From an uncultured Gammaproteobacteria bacterium (GTDB taxonomy: Bacteria > Patescibacteriota > Microgenomatia > Levybacterales > GWA1-39-11): DNA of 64,000 bases. How positions within the stretch are numbered: the first letter of the stretch is position 1; every line of letters begins with the position of its first letter. Positions 58,340 to 64,000 of the stretch are shown here, piece after piece. A program made the position numbers and the translations under genes. The notes under the pieces were generated by a model. It was not told the DNA's origin, ran no database searches, and saw only the letters and a program-made list of their open reading frames with translations. The stretch is from positions 12,353 through 76,352 of the forward strand of contig CAZDED010000007.1 in NCBI GenBank assembly GCA_964504535.1, given 5' to 3'.

Positions 58340-59689
58340 CTATTTGTTAGCTGCTAGATTGAGTGCTTTTTTCAAGAATGGAGCTGTTTTAAAAGTAATG
58401 ACATTTTTATACCCAAACTTAACAGCTTCTTTTTCCCGTTTCTCCAAGTTTATCACGCCTTTCGTTTCACCTAATAGCCCAACTTCTGCAATCGCAACCG
58501 TTGAATTTAAAGTAAACCCTTTGATGCTTGAAGCTATCGCTAGACTAATTGCGAGGTCTGATGCGGTCTCGGAAATTTTAAGTCCTCCAACAACATTTAC
58601 AAAAACATCGTATTTATCAGTACTTATTGTACCATGCCTTTGTAAAACAGCGAGTAAAAGTTCCAATCTTCTATCAGCAATTCCCTGAGCAACCCGTCTC
58701 GGAAATGCCAATTGCGAGGGAACGGCAAGCGCCTGGACTTCAACGAGTAAAGGACGGGATCCTTCCATGACTACTGTTATACAAGAACCTGGAACAGTTT
58801 TTTCATTCGTACCCAAGAAAAAGTCTTTTACATTTGCGATTTCGGATAATCCTTTCTCCTCCATAATAAAAATTCCTACTTCACTTGTATCCCCAAATCT
58901 ATTTTTGAGTGCACGTAAAATTCTTGTCCCGGTCAAAGATTCACCTTCAAGATACAAAACGCAGTCAACCATATGAGCAAGAAGTTGAGGACCAGCGATC
59001 GTTCCTTCTTTGGTCACATGTCCGATGAAAAAAACAGGTATTTGACTGCTCTTTGCAAAATTAACCAACTTCATTGTTGAATATCGTAGCTGTGGCAATG
59101 AGCCTGGAAATCCGGTAGCATCATCTGATGAAACAGTCTGGATAGAATCTATGATCAGAAGGTCTACTTTTTTGTCAGTAGCCGCGGCTACTGCCTGATC
59201 AATATCTGTACTTGAAAGTATGAAAAGGTCTTGATTTGATAGTACTTTTTCACTCACTATTCTTTCTGCTCTAATGCGGATTTGCGATTCACTCTCTTCT
59301 CCACTAACATATAATACTTTCTTTCCACTACCGGCAATATTTAACGCAATCTGAAGCATTATGGTAGATTTTCCAATCCCAGGATCTCCAGATAGAAGAA
59401 TTACCTCTCCTGGAACTATCCCCTGGAATTTCTCTTTGCCTCCCAAAACGCGATCAAATTCTGAGATTGTTGTTGTAATACGGGATAATTGTGTACTCTT
59501 GATTTGTCCAATTTTCTGTACATTTTGAGGCATAATTGGACTTTTTCGGCTCGCAACTCCTCCCTTTGGTTTTTCTGGAAGGATCATTTCTTGGAATGTA
59601 TTCCAGCTCTGACAATTAGGACAAAGACCTAACCATTTAGAGGATTCATTGCCGCAGTTGTTGCATACGAATATTCTTTTAGCAGCCAT
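58340..59689 (-). CDS. radA: DNA repair protein RadA/Sms
   Basis: 449 aa. N-terminal C4 zinc finger CNNCGNESSKWLGLCPNCQSWNT, Walker A GDPGIGKST, KNRFG motif, and a Lon-like C-domain. Confidence 0.9.
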   Translation of the reverse strand: MAAKRIFVCNNCGNESSKWLGLCPNCQSWNTFQEMILPEKPKGGVASRKSPIMPQNVQKIGQIKSTQLSRITTTISEFDRVLGGKEKFQGIVPGEVILLSGDPGIGKSTIMLQIALNIAGSGKKVLYVSGEESESQIRIRAERIVSEKVLSNQDLFILSSTDIDQAVAAATDKKVDLLIIDSIQTVSSDDATGFPGSLPQLRYSTMKLVNFAKSSQIPVFFIGHVTKEGTIAGPQLLAHMVDCVLYLEGESLTGTRILRALKNRFGDTSEVGIFIMEEKGLSEIANVKDFFLGTNEKTVPGSCITVVMEGSRPLLVEVQALAVPSQLAFPRRVAQGIADRRLELLLAVLQRHGTISTDKYDVFVNVVGGLKISETASDLAISLAIASSIKGFTLNSTVAIAEVGLLGETKGVINLEKREKEAVKFGYKNVITFKTAPFLKKALNLAANK

Positions 59690-59776
59690 AATGGAAGCGT
59701 TTAGTTAATAGCGTTTAGCGTTTAGTTAATTTAAATTTTGAAACTAAACCCTATACCCTAACACCTAAACCCTACG

Positions 59777-60901
59777 TTAGCGGTATCCAATGACTTTTGT
59801 CTTGAGAACTGGGGAAACAAGTATGAGTCTCTTTTTGTCGTCAAAATCAGTTATTTCAACCTCAACCTTGTCATCTTTCTTATATTCTTTGTCCGTAGGG
59901 ATCTTTGAAGACGAAATAAATGCGGTGACGTTCTCCTCAACTTGAAGTGTAATTCCTTTTGATTTAACATCAACTACTGTTGCTGTTAATGTGTCTTCTT
60001 TCTTATATTTCTTCTTAACGTCCTCAAAATTATCTTTCTCAAGCCTCTTTAGCGAAAGATTTACTCTCTTGTTCTCTACATCTACTCCTATTATTTGTGT
60101 TTCAAGAGTCTGTCCAATCTTGAATTTACCCTCAAGTCCTTCTACTCTTTGGTGACTGACCTCTGAAATATGGATAAATCCTTCGATCAAAACGCCTTCC
60201 CGTGGAGAGACCTCAAGGTAAATCCCGTATGGTGTAACGAGCGTAACTAGTGCTTTTACAACAGTATCTCTCTTTACTTCTTTCTCAATCTCAGAAATAT
60301 TCATGAGGTAGTGCGTTGCCTTTTGACTAACAATTACTCTCTTTTTCTCGCGGTCAAATTCGATCACCTTTACGTCAACTAAATCCCCTTGCATAAGTCG
60401 CGCGTCCAAAAGCTGGGAGTTAGGAAGAAATCCCTTAATTCCCTCTTTAGTTTCGATGAAATATCCGCCACGAGTTACCTCAAGTACATAAGCTTTGAGC
60501 GTCGTATCAGCTTTAAATACTCCTTCAAGAGCTCCATATACTTTCTCTTCAAGCATCCTTCTTAATGAAAGAACGGGAAACCCTTCTTCAGATTCAGGCG
60601 AAATAACGCTTGCAGTAACAGTATCTCCAACTTTTAGAAGACCTAATAGATTCTCCATGTTTTGTTTGTCGTATTCGATAACTAAAGCGTCAGACTTATA
60701 ACCGATATCAAGAAGTATCTCTTTTGGAGTTAATTTTTTAACTGTACCTTTAACATTATCCCCTCTCTTTAGAGAATGGAATTGTGGAGATTGACGAGCC
60801 ATAAGCTCCGCCATAGAAGACGCATTGCCTTTTGTGTTTGAGGTTTGAGCTTTGCTTTGCATAGGCTCTGCCTTGCTAATTGTTTTTGAAGTTGTTGGCA
60901 T
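59777..60901 (-). CDS. rpsA: 30S ribosomal protein S1 (four S1 domains)
   Basis: 374 aa with repeated S1 OB-fold units (GDLVDVKVIEFDREKKRVIVS, GQTLETQIIGVDVENKRVNLS, etc.). Confidence 0.85.
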   Translation of the reverse strand: MPTTSKTISKAEPMQSKAQTSNTKGNASSMAELMARQSPQFHSLKRGDNVKGTVKKLTPKEILLDIGYKSDALVIEYDKQNMENLLGLLKVGDTVTASVISPESEEGFPVLSLRRMLEEKVYGALEGVFKADTTLKAYVLEVTRGGYFIETKEGIKGFLPNSQLLDARLMQGDLVDVKVIEFDREKKRVIVSQKATHYLMNISEIEKEVKRDTVVKALVTLVTPYGIYLEVSPREGVLIEGFIHISEVSHQRVEGLEGKFKIGQTLETQIIGVDVENKRVNLSLKRLEKDNFEDVKKKYKKEDTLTATVVDVKSKGITLQVEENVTAFISSSKIPTDKEYKKDDKVEVEITDFDDKKRLILVSPVLKTKVIGYR

Positions 60902-60971
60902 CTGTATATGTTCCTTTCATGTTAGATGAATGAATTTTACCATAATATAAGCCTAAATGTAAAGAAATAAT

Positions 60972-62234
60972 GTGTTGAATACCAATAAACCTATTGCTAT
61001 ACTCAAAAAAATAATCATGAACAAAGAAGCTGAAACTAGAGCGTCTACTCGAGCATCATTTAAAGGAGGACAAACAACTGTTCTTCATGGTGATGAACAG
61101 GAACATACTCATGATGATATTGTTGCATTCGGACAGCTCCTACGAGAATCTTATACACCAACCAATGGATTCATCCCACTCATTCTTGACTCGTTCGCAA
61201 CCCCCCAAAATCCATTAAGTAAAATTGAATTGGCGAATGCATTACATGAAATCTTCCCATCCTTGGAATTCCCGTCGACCAATACCTCCAACCTTTTGAG
61301 AATTTCTAGAACATTAGGCCATAATATTGCCATAACTAAAGCTGGCAGAAATTCTAGTTACTATTTGGACAGTATGTCCGAAAATACTGAAATAGCCCCT
61401 ACTTATAAATCTAGAGCAACCAAAACTGAAACTCTAAGACAACTCATTGAAGAAGGCACACATAGTAACAGTCAAATCATCGATACTTTATTTCCAAATA
61501 TGAGAACGGAGAGACAATCTAAAAATTTCTCAGTTCACCTCACCGAACTCAGAAACAGATTGAAAGAAGAAGGTGCATATATACCTGATAGGAGATTGTC
61601 TCCCGAAGCTAATTTGAGAATACTCCACAATCCCCCAACCCTATTGAAAGAAGGAGCAGAAACGGCTCTAGCATCAGACATACCATCAAATCCCACATCA
61701 GATAGAGGTCAAGAAAGAACAGAAAGGACAACAATACCCTCAGATCCCAGAAATGTTAAACAAATCCCTGACGTAATCGAAAAACGCTCTGTCCTAAGAA
61801 ATGAGAACAACATACCAAGACTTATTAGATATAAAGACCCTGATACACAACTTTTATATGTACAGATAGAGACTCCAGATGGCAAACATACAAAGCCATT
61901 ACATTTTACTTCTGACGAAATCAACCTCTTCCGCACGATTTTTGAAAATTCTGATATATACTCCCGAGTTAGATTAGAGATCGCTATGGTTGATATTTCA
62001 AGAAGTACGACGTATGAAGGAAGTGGAGGTTTTGAGCTTACATTTAATACACTGAATCAGAAATTGCTCAAAGAGTGGAACATTTGCATGACCTTCAATG
62101 AAGAAGGACGTGCGGTCTTAGGTAATCCCGATCAACATCAGAACCTGACGATAGATACTAAGCGTAGCATAATAAACCAAAACTCAGAGAGACAGCCTGG
62201 ACAGGTCCGAAAAAGAATGGCTCCACGCGGTTAA
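60972..62234 (+). CDS. hypothetical protein
   Basis: 420-aa ORF with host-like composition. No motif recognised. Confidence 0.4.
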   Translation: MLNTNKPIAILKKIIMNKEAETRASTRASFKGGQTTVLHGDEQEHTHDDIVAFGQLLRESYTPTNGFIPLILDSFATPQNPLSKIELANALHEIFPSLEFPSTNTSNLLRISRTLGHNIAITKAGRNSSYYLDSMSENTEIAPTYKSRATKTETLRQLIEEGTHSNSQIIDTLFPNMRTERQSKNFSVHLTELRNRLKEEGAYIPDRRLSPEANLRILHNPPTLLKEGAETALASDIPSNPTSDRGQERTERTTIPSDPRNVKQIPDVIEKRSVLRNENNIPRLIRYKDPDTQLLYVQIETPDGKHTKPLHFTSDEINLFRTIFENSDIYSRVRLEIAMVDISRSTTYEGSGGFELTFNTLNQKLLKEWNICMTFNEEGRAVLGNPDQHQNLTIDTKRSIINQNSERQPGQVRKRMAPRG

Positions 62235-62288
62235 GCCCTCTTTGATGTATACTACAATACTAGAAAAACAATTTGGTATTATATATAA

Positions 62289-62909
62289 ATGGAAGGAATA
62301 ATAATTGGAATTATAGTGCTGGTTTTTTCAGCAATTCTGCATGAAGTTGCTCATGGGTTTGTGGCTGATAGACTTGGTGATCCAACAGCCCGCCTGGCAG
62401 GACGCCTGACTTTAAACCCCCTACCCCATATTGATCCAGTCATGAGTATTGCTGTCCCCCTTCTTCTTATTGTCTCTGGGTCTCCTCTTATTTTTGGCGC
62501 AGCTCGACCAGTGCCTATAAATCCTCTTATGCTTCGTGAGGGAAGAAAGGATGTTGCACTCGTAGCCCTAGCTGGGCCTCTTACAAATCTTTTTCTTGCT
62601 CTAACGGGAGCGTTATTACTAAAACTTCTTGGAGGATTTGCACCTCAAATCATTCCCTTTCTTAAAATTGTTGTTTTTTATAACCTAGCATTGGGTTTCT
62701 TAAATCTCATTCCTATTCCACCGCTTGACGGCTCTAAATTTTTCTCAATAATTCTGCCAGAAAGGGCAGCGCAACAATATTTTGCTCTTGCTCCTTTTGG
62801 AATATTTCTTCTATTTCTCCTTCTTCTTGCAACTCCACTTGGCGATATTCTAAACGTCCTTATATTCAATTCCCTTCACGCCCTAGGTATAAGTTCTATC
62901 ATCAATTAA
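62289..62909 (+). CDS. site-2 protease family (M50) zinc metalloprotease
   Basis: 206 aa polytopic. HExxH in a TM (ILHEVAHGFVADRLGD) and a downstream LDGS-type motif (PPLDGSKFF). Confidence 0.65.
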   Translation: MEGIIIGIIVLVFSAILHEVAHGFVADRLGDPTARLAGRLTLNPLPHIDPVMSIAVPLLLIVSGSPLIFGAARPVPINPLMLREGRKDVALVALAGPLTNLFLALTGALLLKLLGGFAPQIIPFLKIVVFYNLALGFLNLIPIPPLDGSKFFSIILPERAAQQYFALAPFGIFLLFLLLLATPLGDILNVLIFNSLHALGISSIIN

Positions 62910-62961
62910 GTATTGTGTCCTAGAGATTTTCCTGCTATATTCATCGCAACCGAATTTATAT

Positions 62962-64000
62962 ATGGTAGAACATCCCTTATCGGCTCGTGATCTTGGAATT
63001 GAAGTCTCCCACCATGCTGTTCCCATACCAGTAATAACCGAATTACTTGTATCCACCGGAAAAGTTTTCCCTACAGCAAAAACCCTTGGTCTTGCAGAAG
63101 GAAGCATATTCTCTAGAATTTATGATACTTCCAGGATCGCTGAACTAGAAGACAAAGGGTTAGATACTGACGAAATAGCAGCAATTGCGTTTGAGGAAGA
63201 AATACGCCTGGGAAAAATAGAATTACCAGTAATATCAAAAAGGGTTAGAACAAATATCACAGTTCAGGGAGTGTTACTACGTGACAAAACAGGTATTGGG
63301 TATAAAAATATCCCCACAGAAGGAAGACGCAAGGGCAAATACAGACTTTTTTATGATGTCGAGGGTGAGTTCACTCCACTGCTTAGACGAGGGAGTAAAT
63401 CAACTGATGAAAACCAACATGATATCACTGGGGTGATTCTTAGCGATCAAGAAGGAGAAGTCCGTAATAGAGAATTATTCTCTCATCCAGAAAATATTGG
63501 AGAGGAAGGAAGTCAAGTAAGAATTGTAGCAGATTTACTATTCTCACGCGCACTCACCCACAGAAGCTCGAGCAGAGAACTTTTGCTTGAGGATTTTACT
63601 TCACGCTACTTACATTTTCATCCTGGAACCGATACAGTTATGATTCGAAGCGCTTTTGACTATGGACTTGTGTTGCTAGAAAAAAAACTTATCAAAATTG
63701 ACAGCGCTTTCCAGATACCAAATTCAAAAAGACATCATAAAGATGCAATCGTAAAAATCGGATATAATCCACCTGCACCGATAGAAAAACAAGAGAACAA
63801 GATCCAACAAACCCCTGATATAAAGACTCCAGATCCTTCAGAAAAAGAAGGAGAAGAAATAGAGAATCCTATCGATTTATCGGTATTTGGTCAGTCAAAA
63901 ACTACTCTGCTTCGATATCTATTAAATTCAGGAAAGCCCAGAAGTCTAGAACATATAGCAATGATTCGCAGAAAAGAAGGCAAAACTGGTCCTCTTCAGG
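62962..64000 (+). CDS. hypothetical protein (3' partial, runs off the window)
   Basis: ATG at 62962; open frame to the window end (at least 346 aa). No motif recognised. Confidence 0.4.
   Translation, partial: MVEHPLSARDLGIEVSHHAVPIPVITELLVSTGKVFPTAKTLGLAEGSIFSRIYDTSRIAELEDKGLDTDEIAAIAFEEEIRLGKIELPVISKRVRTNITVQGVLLRDKTGIGYKNIPTEGRRKGKYRLFYDVEGEFTPLLRRGSKSTDENQHDITGVILSDQEGEVRNRELFSHPENIGEEGSQVRIVADLLFSRALTHRSSSRELLLEDFTSRYLHFHPGTDTVMIRSAFDYGLVLLEKKLIKIDSAFQIPNSKRHHKDAIVKIGYNPPAPIEKQENKIQQTPDIKTPDPSEKEGEEIENPIDLSVFGQSKTTLLRYLLNSGKPRSLEHIAMIRRKEGKTGPLQ

Noticed and set aside
1-64000. CRISPR array
   Set aside because: No regularly spaced direct repeats with unique spacers were seen. The recurring TAGTTA-type motifs are irregularly spaced and sit at gene boundaries.

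Overview
AT-rich bacterial window, roughly mid-30s % GC by eye. The gene content is typical of a small-genome Candidate Phyla Radiation / Patescibacteria-like organism: a four-helix-bundle protein, many giant or anchored surface proteins, a type IV pilin, and ComEA/ComEC. Recognisable housekeeping genes are uppP, mreB, leuS, rho, radA, rpsA, pyruvate kinase, M23/LysM peptidase, a YacL-like PIN/TRAM protein, an M50 site-2 protease, GT2 and WecB/TagA glycosyltransferases, and a histidine kinase plus a REC-only response regulator. There is one tRNA-Thr(CGT), which sits oddly between the two halves of a second tRNA-like sequence. Accessory content is dominated by cell-envelope systems. (1) Two loci carry repeated gene pairs: a secreted protein with WxL-like motifs in which Tyr replaces Trp, and a DUF916/DUF3324-like protein anchored by a C-terminal TM. 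This resembles the Firmicutes csc/WxL surface-complex clusters and is my best candidate for a novel system. (2) A 2300-aa membrane protein has two tandem integrase SAM-like N-terminal domains, one TM, and a huge tail-fibre-like ectodomain. (3) A pilin operon with a 933-aa secreted partner sits beside an O-antigen-ligase-like/TPR protein. Five short high-GC islands (each about 0.4-1.4 kb, roughly 55-65% GC by eye) interrupt the low-GC backbone. Each carries 1-2 ORFs and is bounded by GC-rich palindromic hairpins. A conserved structured element of about 165 nt occurs twice and shows compensatory stem changes. A TAGTTATTAGGAATAGGAATAGTTA-type motif recurs in many intergenic regions. No CRISPR array, rRNA or obvious transposase was seen. 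All functional calls rest on motif recognition by eye; no searches were run.
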